Both the position numbers and the translations under genes were made by a program. A DNA stretch of 64,000 nt, from NCBI RefSeq assembly GCF_964355755.1, contig NC_092678.1, forward strand, positions 19,981,365 to 20,045,364, written 5' to 3'. Below, piece after piece: positions 11,001-23,200 of this stretch (its first letter is position 1; each line of letters begins with the position of its first letter). This DNA comes from Antedon mediterranea. Taxonomy: Eukaryota > Animalia > Echinodermata. The notes beneath the pieces were generated by a model. That model was not told where the DNA came from. It saw only the letters and a program-made list of their open reading frames with translations, and did not search any database.

Positions 11001-14000
11001 GCATTATAGCTTATCATCTAATATTTTCTTTAGGACATCCCACATGATTTGTTTTAGTGTATATTAGTATGCTGTTGGAATATATTACTTTAGAATTAAA
11101 GTTTAATTTGAAAAAACTTTTATCACAGGAAACTCACTCACTCTTGGCCTTAATGGCTCATTACAATTAACAAGCGCAAAACATCTGCGATCGACACAAA
11201 AACTAGACACGTCCACCTTTGAGACATCACAATTTGCAGTCAAGAGCAACAATAATGAGGATGTACAACTCAAACAGCGTGTAGCTACATTTATACAAGA
11301 TGTCCTAGCCACTGCAGTTGCAAAATATCAAGCCATAGAGCAAGACGAGAACAACACTGACCGTAAGAACATACACTACCTTTATGACTAAGCCAATTGA
11401 TAGGCGGCCTAACCAACCGATTTCCTAAACTGTTATATTTATTAACAATTAGAAATCTATATTATAACATATCAATAACCCAATTTGTTTTTGCTCTCCC
11501 CCTCCTCCTAGACCTCACAACCTATACTTGTACAGATCGATGGTCAGAATATGGAGACACTTTCTTCAGATTGAAAGGAAATACTATGGCAGGTGGCCAC
11601 TTTGTAAGTAACTCATAGACCCTGCCCCACAAAAACATGTACACAGGCAGTGGCATGTGCCTCTTTCAATGTACGCAGTTTAATGAATGTCAAAAAAGAG
11701 GAAAACAAATTCTTCTTCCCAAAAATAATTTTTTCCCAACAAAAGCAAAAACCAGAAAAAGAAAATTTAAGCAAAATAAAGACGATCTAGGCTACCAAAC
11801 AACAGGACACTGACCTTCACTACATAAAACGTTATTATGCGGATGCTATACGATTATGCCCAACCCCACATTAGGCGACTAGTAGTACCACGGTACCATC
11901 CATAGTCCATATTATTATTTTTTTTTTTACTATGTTTGAATTTTTTATAGGCATCAGATTGCAAAAGCATCCAGGAACAGAATGACGAAATGGATGAAGC
12001 ATTTTATAAGTATGAAGTGGAAAGTGATTATGACTGGATAGACATGGGACCTTCAGACCCAAGCGATGAAGAACCAGATGCCTGGGTGAGGCAGAGAGCT
12101 ATCGCCCAGAGATTAGCAGCCAAGGCTGCAAGGAGATCTTTGAATATTAACCCTGGTAAGCCAACTGAAGCCTCCATCTGTGATGATGATGAGGAGCTGA
12201 ACAATCATCCAACTGCAGGTAGGTCAGCCTTGCATAATAGCTTATCATTTAATATTTTCTTTAGGACATCCCACATGATTTGTTTTAGTATATATTATAT
12301 AAATATTAAACTTTTATCACAGTCAACTCACTCACTCTTGGCCTGAATGACTCATTACAACTAACAAGCACAAAACATCTGCGATCGACACTAAAACTAG
12401 ACACGTCCACCTGCCAGACATCACAACTTGCAGTCATGTTCACCAATGATGAAGATGTGCATCTCAAACAGCAAGCAGCTACCTTTGTACAAAATGTCCT
12501 ATCAACTGCAGTTGCAAAATGTCAAGACGAGAACAACACTGACCGTAAGAACATACACTATCATCAATTGATAACATACAGTATTTATTTGTAGATTTCT
12601 AAAAGAAGTTTTAAGCTGTAAAAAAGGAGTGTGTGTACCTGTAGCCAACCTCTCTCCCAACACCCACCCAGTTAAATAGACAAATCAATCTTTCATCTTT
12701 TGTTTTTTTAAACAGATTCTTGTTTACATTTGTTCATTCTCATTTTTAAAGGAGACAGTATATTAAGCTCATCTTTTTCTGTTTTCTTTTCATCTCTTAA
12801 TTTCCTTTTCATGCTTTGTTTTTCGACGAAAAATGTTTAGATGAATAAAGAACATTTGAATAAAAAAAGATAAATATTCATGATTTGTTGTTATAATTGT
12901 TATTATTATTGTATAATTTTTAGAATATTAATTAATTGTAATAAAAATCAAACAAATTTCTCTATAGACAAGGCAACTGAAGCCAAGCAGAATACTGCAG
13001 CACAGCAGACTACTGCAGAAAAACAAACAACTGCAGCCTCCATCTCTGAGGAGGATGAGGAGCTCGACAAGCTTTCAAATTCTGTTGTTCAAGATGTTTT
13101 GTCAAAGGTCGCAGAAAATCTTGCCACCGCGAACCTGCTAACTGAAAAACAGCAGACAACTGATGCCCAGCAGCCACCTGAATCAGCCTACACGGATACA
13201 GTAGAGAAATATCAGAGGAAAGGTACAATATGACTTTTCATTCATATGAATTTTCATTTAAGCCTTAACCAATCATTTCCATACTGTTATTTTTTTTAAC
13301 AATTTGAAATCTATATTATAACATATCAATAACTGAATTTGCTTTTACCCTGCCCTAGATCTCACAACCAATACTTGCACAGAATATGGAGACCCTTTCT
13401 TCGGAATCAAAGGAGATACTGCTATGGCAGGTGGACAATTTGTAAGTAACTCATAGACCTCACAAAAACAGGTACACAACAAGCAGTGGCATGAGCCTAA
13501 TGCAATGTAAAAATAAAGAAGATCTAGGCTATCAAACAACAGGACAATGACCATCCTTGTACATAAAACGTTTTATGCGGATGCGATATGATTATGCCCC
13601 ACCCCACAACATTTCATTAGAGTCTATGTGACTGGTAGTACCAAAACGGTACCATCCATAATCCTTATTATTTTTTTTCAATTTTTACTATGTTTGAATT
13701 TTTTATAGGCATCAGATTGCAAAAGCATCCAGGAACAGAATGACGAAATGGATGAAGCATTTTATAAGTATGAAGTGGAAAGTGATTATGACTGGATAGA
13801 CATGGGACCTTCAGACCCAAGCGATGAAGAACCAGATGCCTGGGTGAGGCAGAGAGCTATCGCCCAGAGATTAGCAGCCAAGGCTGCAAGGAGATCTTTG
13901 AATATTAACCCTGGTAAGCCAACTGAAGCCTCCATCTGTGATGATGATGAGGAGCTGAACAATCATCCAACTGCAGGTAGGTCAGCCTTGCATAATAGCT

Positions 14001-15974
14001 TATCATTTAATATTTTCTTTAGGACATCCCACATGATTTGTTTTAGTGTATATTAGTATGCTGTTGGAATATATTACTTTATAATTAAAGTTTAATTTGA
14101 AAAAACTTTTATCACAGTCAACTCACTCACTCCTGGCCTGAATGACTCATTACAACTAACAAGCCCAAAACATCTGCGATCGACACTAAAACTAGACACG
14201 TCCACCTGCCAGACATCACAACTTGCAGTCATGTTTACCAATGATGAAGATTTGTATCTCAAACAGCAAGCAGCTACCTTTGTACAAGATGTCCTATCAA
14301 CTGCAGTTGCAAAATGTCAAGACGAGAACAACACTGACCGTAAGAACATACACTATCATCAATTGATAACATACAGTATTTATTTGTAGATATCTAAAAG
14401 AAGTTGTAAGCTGTAAAAAAGGAGTGTGTACCTAAAGCCAATCTCTCTCCCAACACCCACCCAGTTAAATAGACAAATCAATTTTTCATCTTTTGTTTTT
14501 TTTAAACAGATTCTTGTTTACATTTGTTCATTCTAATTTTTGAAGGAGACAGTATATTAAGCTCATCTTTTTCTGTTTTCTTTTCATCTCTTAATTTCCT
14601 TTTCATGCTTTGTTTTTCGACGAAAAATGTTATGATGAATAAAGAACATTTGAATAAAAAAAGATAAATATTCATGATTTGTTGTTATAATTGTTATTAT
14701 TATTGTATAATCTTTAGAATATTAATTAATTGTAATAATTATCAAACAAATTTCTCTATAGACAAGGCAACTGAAGCCCAGCAGAAAACTGCAGAAAAGC
14801 AAACAACTGCAGCCTCCATCTCTGAGGAGGATGAGGAGCTCGACAAGCTTTCAAATTCTGTTGTTCAAGATGTTTTGTCGAAGGTCGCAGAAAATCTTGC
14901 CACCGCCAACCTGCTAACTGAAGAACAGCAGCCACCTGAATCAGCCTACACGGATACAGTAGAGAAAGATCAGAGGAAAGGTACAATATGACTTTTCATT
15001 TAAGCCTAACCAATCATTTCCTATACTCTTATATTTTATAACAATTTGAAATCTATATTATAACATATCAATAACTGAATTTCCTTTTACCCTGCCCTAG
15101 ATCTCACAACCAATACTTGCACAGAATATGGAGACCCTTTCTTCGGAATCAAAGGAGATACTGCTATGGCAGGTGGACAATTTGTAAGTAACTCATAGAC
15201 CTCACAAAAACAGGTACACAACAAGCAGTGGCATGAGCCTATTTCAATGTACTTAATTTACTGAATGTGAAAAGAGTGAAAAAATAATTCGGCTTCCCAA
15301 AAATAATTTAAAAATAAAGAAGATCTAGGCTATCAAACAACAGGACACTGACCATCCTTACATAAAACGTTATGTGCGGATGCGATATGATTATGCCCCA
15401 CCCCACAACATTTCATTAGAGTCTATGTGACTGGTAGTACCAAAACGGTACCATCCATAATCCGTATTATTTTATTTTTTTTATTTACTATGTTTTAATT
15501 TTTTATAGGCATCAGATTGCAAAAGCATCCAGGAACAGAATGACGAAATGGATGAAGCATTTTATAAGTATGAAGTGGAAAGTGATTATGACTGGATAGA
15601 CATGGGACCTACAGACCCAAGCGACGAAGAACCAGATGCCTGGGTGAGGCAGAGAGCTATTGCCCAAAGATTAGCAGCTAAGGCTGCTATGAAATCATCG
15701 AATTTTAACCCTGGTAAGTTTATTTTTATTTTTAAAAGCTGATTTGTTTGTCTACGCTTTACAAATTCTTCCCTATTAGTAGTGCCTCATGAGTACTAAA
15801 AATATTCATTCATTTTAATGTTTAGACCAACACGAGCTACAAGACGTCGACAATGATGAGGAAACAAATTGCCGACCAATAGTAGTTGACATGACATCAC
15901 TGGCTGACATGACAGCAGATGATGATCCAAACTTAACCGATCATGATGCTGCGATAGACCAATACAATTACTGA
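5072..15974 (+). CDS. Array gene copy 2: about 1227-aa acidic, exon-repeat protein with 11 AKAP-like amphipathic helices (20 exons)
   Basis: Exons: 5072-5138, 6562-6690, 6819-7052, 7287-7448, 7590-7823, 8279-8440, 8577-8810, 10826-10987, 11129-11362, 11512-11603, 11951-12218 (alternative donor 12155), 12323-12544, 12968-13222, 13359-13441, 13709-13976 (alternative 13913), 14118-14339, 14762-14980, 15101-15183, 15509-15713, 15826-15974. Sum is 3684 nt, splice sites are canonical and phases are consistent. Function is inferred. Confidence 0.8.
5420..5690 (+). promoter_or_regulatory. Intron-1 cluster of promoter-type motifs (copies at about 20550-20800 and 30570-30835)
   Basis: CRE half-sites (CACGTCA, TGACGTA, TTACGTCA), GC box GGGGCGTGGC at 5521-5530, ATTGG, CpG-rich. 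Confidence 0.45.
5690..6335. repeat. CTAG/TAGGCCTA-rich low-complexity block, intron 1 of copy 2
   Basis: About 640 bp built almost entirely from TAG/CTA/GGCC words with no fixed period. Confidence 0.9.
9243..10805 (+). mobile_element. Non-autonomous Helitron in an intron of copy 2
   Basis: Starts TC, ends CTAG, inserted between A and T with no TSD. The empty site atatcaaaataa|ttgtaataat is seen in sister introns. 3' inverted repeat CTAGATGGTACGC...GCGTGCCATCTAG. Internal duplication of about 262 bp (9699/9961). Confidence 0.9.
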
Positions 15975-17983
15975 ATACTTTAATCATATTTACAATGGAC
16001 TAATTTTAATCATTTCAATATTAATTTTTACGATAAAGATACATTATTTGATATGTTTGTTTTATGAATTTTACAGTTGTGCAATAATAAATGATAATTT
16101 GATATATATTGTAAACTTTGTTTTTAATTTTATTTATTTCTCTTTCGGGCTTTTGATTTTAATATAGTTAATGAAATCTTTTTACTTTCCTACATTGAAG
16201 TACTTTCTATTATAATAATTATAAATAAGAAATTTCACCTAATTAACACATAAAGTACTACAAATCATTATTGTCAATTCTGTATGATTTTAATTGGTTC
16301 TAAATTAATTATATCCTTATTCTCATATAAAACAAAAAATCAATAAAACCGCTAAACTCAGTTTTTAAATAATTTTGATAATTTAATAAATAAAATTTTT
16401 GAATACAAGTATTGTAAGATGAAATTACAGAAATGTTAAAATTATTGAGAGAATTTAAAATATTAATTAATTCAGGCTTCTCTGATTATTGTTAAAAAAA
16501 CCAAAAATAACACTCTGACAACATAAAATCAGAGCCATATAAATATATATAATGGCTCTGCATAAAATAGTTAAACAGCGCCATCTATTTTTAACGGTCG
16601 ATAAACTTTTTAACAGCAGTTAGGCCCAACATTCGGGTCACGATGTGAGGACATAGTTACCATTTCTGGCATTATTATTATTATTATTATTTTATTTTTC
16701 TTTTATTATGTGATATTTTATAATAAAAAGATCACTTATTGTTATTGTATGAAAATATTATTATTGTTTTACTTTATTTTTAGTCGCGTTCAACGGTCGG
16801 TCGGTTGGTCGGTAAATACTAACTTGAGCACACGACTGCAACCATGTATATGGACTTGTTTCTTATTTTTACTATTTCAAAGACTTATTTTTTCACCAAA
16901 ACACTTGGCGTTTGTCCATCCATAGTCGTCAGTTCTTGCACTTTTTTAAAATACCTTTTTGACAAAATTCTCCGCCCCAATTCCCACATTTAAATTAGTT
17001 TATTTTTGCACAGTGACAACATCGTCGCAGATCCGTTTTTAATAGTGGGTGAAGGGATGTATAAAAATGAAATACTTTGCGAGCGAACCAAGGGCCCAGG
17101 TCGGGAACCAGGGGGATGGGGGAAAGCCCACTGAAAGCTCGGCTCTTTGAGTAATTTATAGATCGTTTCAATCGATTTCTGAACACATAAAAATTCCACC
17201 CAGAAGAATACAATTAGGTTACGCATTTTTTAAGCACTGGTCCTGATGCCCCACTGGGTATATATTCACACAAAATATATAATCTGTATTTGTATGTAGA
17301 TACTGTATTTGTATGTAGATACTGTATTTTCAGAAATTACATACGATATGTCGATATAAGAAGTCTTACTTTCTATTTCATTTCAATAATTTAATGATTT
17401 TGCCTTTCAAAAGTGAGGGGGACAATCACTCACTAATGAAATTATCTTCAACTCCGTGGATGCGTAAGATCGTATCTGTAAATTTGGGGATTTACTATTA
17501 GAACTTTTAATTGATGTCCACTTGTCTGTTGTTAGTAACATACCTTTTACGAGCTTTTATAGAATATTCTTCTTATGGCAAGAGAAAATTTCCCGACTGA
17601 TCTTAATCGAAACGGTACTGGGTTTGGTCTTCTAGCGGCGTCCCCGCCGCTCCCCCAAAAGTCATCCATTCAGAAGCACTGATGAACACAGTTTATCCGT
17701 GGTGGCTATGAGTGGTCCGGTCACGTCCCGGGACATGACTAATTATAATCACTATAATATCACTATAATTATAATCGCTTCGCTCGCGTACCATCTAGAT
17801 CGTGCCCATAGATGGTTCTCGAATACATAGTAATTTCAGCGTTAAAAAATTGGCGACTTCAAATGTATATGCAAGACAATTAAATCGGTGATTTATGTAC
17901 TCAACTAAAATTAGCATCCTGGGAATTACTTCCGAAAGAGAAACTTGTCACAAAATAAGACCAATTGTTTTGAAACAAACTAA

Positions 17984-18312
17984 ATGTGTGTTTTGTATGC
18001 AACATGAGGGTTGAGGGATGGGGAAGAGGATGGGTGCAAAGACGAACAATTTGTGTTTTGTATGCAACATGAGGGTTGAGGGATGGGGAAGAGGATGGGT
18101 GCAAAGACGAACAATTTGTGTTTTGTATGCAACATGAGGGTTGAGGGATGGGGAAGAGGATGGGTGCAAAGACGAACAATTTGTGTTTTGTATGCAACAT
18201 GAGGGTTTAGGGATGGGGAAGAGGATGGGTGCAAAGACGAAAAATTTGTGTTTTGTATGCAACATGAGGGTTTAGGGATGGGGAAGAGGATGGGTGCAAA
18301 GACGAACAATTT
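17984..18312 (+). repeat. 65-bp minisatellite x5 inside the Helitron
   Basis: Unit TTTGTGTTTTGTATGCAACATGAGGGTTGAGGGATGGGGAAGAGGATGGGTGCAAAGACGAACAA. It is single-copy in the other Helitron (~10476-10541). Confidence 0.95.
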
Positions 18313-18387
18313 TTAAATATATTCTTTATCCATTTAGTAACGAAATATCAATTGTTTTCATGTTTTACAAATAATATACCACTAAAC

Positions 18388-18411
18388 CATGGAGGTATTT
18401 ATACCTCCATG
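18388..18411. mobile_element. 24-bp palindrome with 7-bp TSD (probable P-type excision footprint)
   Basis: ACTAAAC-[CATGGAGGTATTTATACCTCCATG]-ACTAAAC. The empty site is visible in the other Helitron copy (~10383-10403, reverse strand). Confidence 0.8.
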
Positions 18412-19999
18412 ACTAAACACAGTAAAACATTGCTATTTAATACTTTGTTAAAACTGTCACCGTATAGTCGATTGAAATAGTACAGTACATGTAACGATAC
18501 ATCACTTATACGACGTTTATATTTTTTTGTACAGTAATTAGATTATTAATTAATATTAACGTTCAGAAGGAACTGTCAGTAATAAAGTAAACATCTCTAT
18601 TCGGGGAAAATCGTAAGTTCGCTTTAATCGTCAATAAATAATTATCTAACTTAACTTAATTAGTAGGTCTAATGGTTTTGAATTGTTTCTTAGATTAGAG
18701 CCAATTCATATTTAAGTTGGTTTCTAACCACCAAAGTTGTTCTGCGTTTAGGGCATGTGATCCTTCATACCGTACCTTAGGCCTATCCCCTAATGGCTTT
18801 ACAATGTTACTTATGCCAGTGAGTGGGAGGGTGGTGGTGTGGGTGGTGGTGGTTTAACTGCAATAATAAAGATGATTGTACATAATAGATGGCGACCGGA
18901 AAGGCTAGCTCATTATCCGTTAAAAAAATACCTATATCCAACCTCTGCAGCACAGATTGGATAAAATGGATCGAATTTCTGTTATGGCTGTACAGTACTT
19001 GTCTTTACGACGCCTGAGGGAATAGACACTTGTGGAACAGAGATTGGAATGTTCCATTTATTGCAAAACAGTTGTATAAATGTATATTAAATCTATCAAA
19101 GTAGTATTTTTTAAAGAAAATCGGTCTGTCTTCAACATTATGATGCTGTACTCGAGCTGTTCAACCAGTTTTCAGCTATTAAAAACCATTATCGTATTAG
19201 GGGATAGGAAAATGCGAAGCATCCTAGTATTATTGTGTGCGGGTATTTTTCAAGATGGACATCCATTAGACAGTGTATACCACGATCGAAAAACACCCCT
19301 ATTTGGGGCAAATCGTTGAACTTAAATTCGTTTTAATCGTCAATAACTAATTATCGAACTCAATTTAATTAGTAAACTGGGTTACATCAGGCGGTTAAAA
19401 TCAGTACCGAAAGTACGAACCAACTTTATATACCATCGAGTAAACATTCTAGAAATAACGCGCGATTTACCGAATTTTGCCCTTACGTAAATTTATATAT
19501 AGATGCCCGGGAGCACTCTATAGAATTGCAATGAATTGTGTGTTTGTATTAACTTAATGCTGTACTTTATTCTTTATTCTTACAACCAACAGTGCACGGG
19601 TTCATAATACAAATATATATTTAAAAACACAACGATAACATGTTTATAATAATACCGTTCAAAAAACATTTAAATTGCGAACCGCAACAGTTAAAAATAC
19701 CTAAACAATTATTAGATTTATAATTATAAATCTTGAAACGAAGATTATGAACACAGACATTAAATTAAATTAGATTAAGACATTTAAACTGAAAAATAAA
19801 GTCCTGTTTTGCTTTTCCTGAAATGGGGGAAACGACAGGGTAGGCCTATACTATATAACTTAATTTTGTAGACGATTTCAATAAATCGTATGAATTAATA
19901 ATATAACACATAGGCCATGTTTCATTTTATACCTACAATTTCTTAAAATTATTTTTTTGTTTGTAAACATTAATGTTTAAAAAACAAACATTCTTTGTG

Positions 20000-20212
20000 C
20001 CGCACTTGGGGTATGCGTATGACATGTCGGTGCGCTTTGCATGACGTCACACAATCACCATGGATAGAAATGTAAACGTACGCACGAAACAAAACCTCAA
20101 ATGGCAACTAGCGACAGCTTGTGCCGGATGGCTGGTGAATAGCCCGATAAATATCGGTCGTTTTTCCAGTCTTTACAACCGTTTTCGGAAGTATTTTAAT
20201 AAATTAATTGAT
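20000..20212 (+). promoter_or_regulatory. Putative promoter of copy 3
   Basis: Same as copy 2; CRE at 20042-20049. Confidence 0.55.
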
Positions 20213-23200
20213 ATGCCTATTTCTCTTTGTTGTGGAATTAAACTCCGCCTTCCCAAATGTTTACGTAGAACAAGAATAGGTAAGTTAATTACGTTACATT
20301 ACAACATAGGCCTAGTCTGATTCTAACTTTAGGCAAGTTATCCTATCTAGGCACCATGCCTAATTTAGATTATATTACAACACTTAATTAGTAACTGGTG
20401 TTGTTTTCTTTACATTTTTGGTAGGCCTATGTACACTTTAAAAAGATAAGGTTAAAAGTATTATTAAACTATGGGAAAATGGCATAATTATTGTTACAAT
20501 AATGTTTGTTTATGTAACCGTAGTTACTGAACTTGTAGTGGTGCGTATAAAATGGTCGCGTAAAAGAGCATCAGCGCGGTCTTAGTTGACCTCTCACGTC
20601 ACGAGATCACAAAAAGCGGTGTGACGTATGTAAAACAATGAATTGCTCTGGGGGGCGTGGCCTGTATTATAATCACAATGCTATTGGTGTAAAGTTAGGC
20701 GCTTAATTACGTCATAAAATGAAAAAAAAAATCGTGATACGTTGCGAGTGTGTGTTTGTCGAGAGTCGGTGGTTGATCGGGGTCGGATCCGTGGACGTGG
20801 TAGTTTGTACTAGCTTAGGCCTTAGGCTAGCTATAGGCCTACTAGGCCTAGTAGTAGAAGCAGTAGGCCTACTGGCCAAAACCTCAAAACATGCCTAGCT
20901 AGGCCTAGGTAGCGGTACTACTACTAGCCTACTACAGTAGTACTACTAGTATAGGGTAGGCCTAGTACTAGCCTAGCCTATAGATGGCCTAGGCCTAGCT
21001 AGACTAGAGCCTGCCCTGAGGCTAGCCTAGCCTCAGCTCAGGCCTAGCTAGCTAGAGTAGTACAGTAGGTCTAGACTCTCTAGGCCTAATGCTAGTCATC
21101 TAGGCCCTAGCTAGGCTAGCCTCTAGCCAGCTACACTAGCTTAGCCTCTCTATAGCTTTAGCCTAGGCTAGTAGGGTAGGTAGGCCTAATTAGTATATAG
21201 AATTATAGGTTAGGCCGGCAGCCTAACCTAGAGGCCTACTACTAGGCTAGCCTAGAGGCCTTAGCCTAATACTAGCTAGTAGAAGGCTAGCCTCTAGCTA
21301 GGGCTAGGCCTACTATTATAGGCTAGACTAGCCTAGTAGTATTAACTATTAGTTTAATAGTTTAGTATTACGAGGCCTCTCACTAGGCGATCCTATACTA
21401 AGCTACCCAAGAGTATAAGAGCCTACCTAGCTAGGAGGAGGCCTGGCTAGTATTTTAGGCTGTGCCCTATCTAGCCTAGTTGATATCCCTTCCCAACCAA
21501 CACTATCTTCACGCATTGCAAGGCCGTAGCGAGAGGTTAAAATCAGACGAAGCAATATGCTTTTAATATAATTATATTATATAAAATATGAACTCAGCTT
21601 CTTAGTGGGCTGGGTTGTGAAATTTTCAGAGATAATTCGAGCGCCTCTTCTTCCTCATGCTAACTACGGCCCTGCATTGTTCATATTGGTATCTTTTTTT
21701 GTAGTTGTAGCAGTCTTACCAGCAGGACCCCCAGCCCTAGTAGTAGCAGCAGCAACAGGAGATGAAGAAGATGAATCCTATAGACCAATAGATGGAAGTT
21801 CAAACAATCAATCATCATCTTCACCTGCTGCAGGTAGGCCAGCCTTGCATAATAGCCTATCATTTACTATTTTCCTTAGGACACCACAGATTTGTATACA
21901 GTATATAGGGTATGCTGTTTACTTTAGAATTAAAGATTAATGTGAAAAACTTTTATCACAGTCAACTCACTCACTCCTGGCCTGAATGACTTATTACAAC
22001 TAACAAGCGCAAAACATCTGCGATTGACACTAAAACTAGACACGTCCACCTGCCAGACATCGCAACTTGCAGTCAAGAGCACCAATGACGAAGATGTGCA
22101 ACTCAAAAAGCGTGCAGCTACATTTGTACAAGATGTCCTAGCCACTGCAGTTGCAAAATGCCAAGCCATAGAACAAGACGAGAACAACACTGACCGTAAG
22201 AACATACACTACCTTTATGCCTAAGCCAATTGATAGGCCTACCACTAGCATAAATAGATATCGAAATAATTTTCTTGTTTTGTTTTTAGATAAAGAATTT
22301 GATGATGAATAATTGTTATTTGAATTTTTTTTAAATAAAGTCTTTTTTTTATCTTAATCATAAAAGAATTGTATAATAATTGATTATAATTTTAGACATA
22401 TCAAAATAATTGTAATAATATCTTTATAGACAAGGCAACTGAAGCACAGCAGCCAGCTGAAACCTCCACCTCTGATGAGGATGTCGAGCTTGACAATCTG
22501 GCCACAAATCTTGTGGAAGAAACTTTGTCAGTAGTAATGGCAGAACAACTGGCAACTGTTCATAACAATAAAGCACATTATCCAACTGCAGGTAGGCCAG
22601 CCTTGCATAATAGGTTATCATTTAATATTTTCTTTAGGACATCCCACATGATTTGTTTTAGTGTATATTAGTATGCTGTTGGAATATATTACTTTAGAAT
22701 TAAAGTTTAATTTGAAAAAACTTTTATCACAGGCAACTCACTCACTCTTGGCCTGAATGATTCATTACAACTAACAAGCACAAAAAATCTGCGATCGTCA
22801 CAAAAACTAGACACGTCCACCTGCCAGAGATCTCAACTTGCAGTCAAGAGCACCAATGACGAAGATGTACAACTCAAAAAGCGTGCAGCTACATTTGTGC
22901 AAGATATCCTAGCCACTGCAGTTGCAAAATGCCAAGCCATAGAACAAGACGAGAACAACACTGACCGTAAGAACATAATACACTACCATCATGCCTAAGC
23001 CAATTGAAAGGCCTACCACTAGCATATAGATATCGAAAAGTAATTCAAGCCATCAAATGTGGAGCATGTGTACCTAAAGACAACCTCTCCCCAACACCCA
23101 ACCCAGTCCACCTCGTTAAATAAACCAATCAATCTCTCATCCTTTTTTTATAATTGATTAAATTCTCTTTCACATTTATATTTAGATTTGTTCTCAGAAT

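Larger units (their letters stand above)
17776..19503 (-). mobile_element. Second, diverged copy of the same Helitron family, 3'-truncated
   Basis: Reverse complement of the 5' end TCTATATATAAATTTACG ends at 19503. The 3' hairpin region is present but the last 14 nt are missing. The empty site ataatta|tgcccg is present in the other spacers. Confidence 0.88.

Noticed and set aside
17901-18309. Three overlapping minus-strand ORFs
   Set aside because: They are products of the 65-bp minisatellite in a Helitron.
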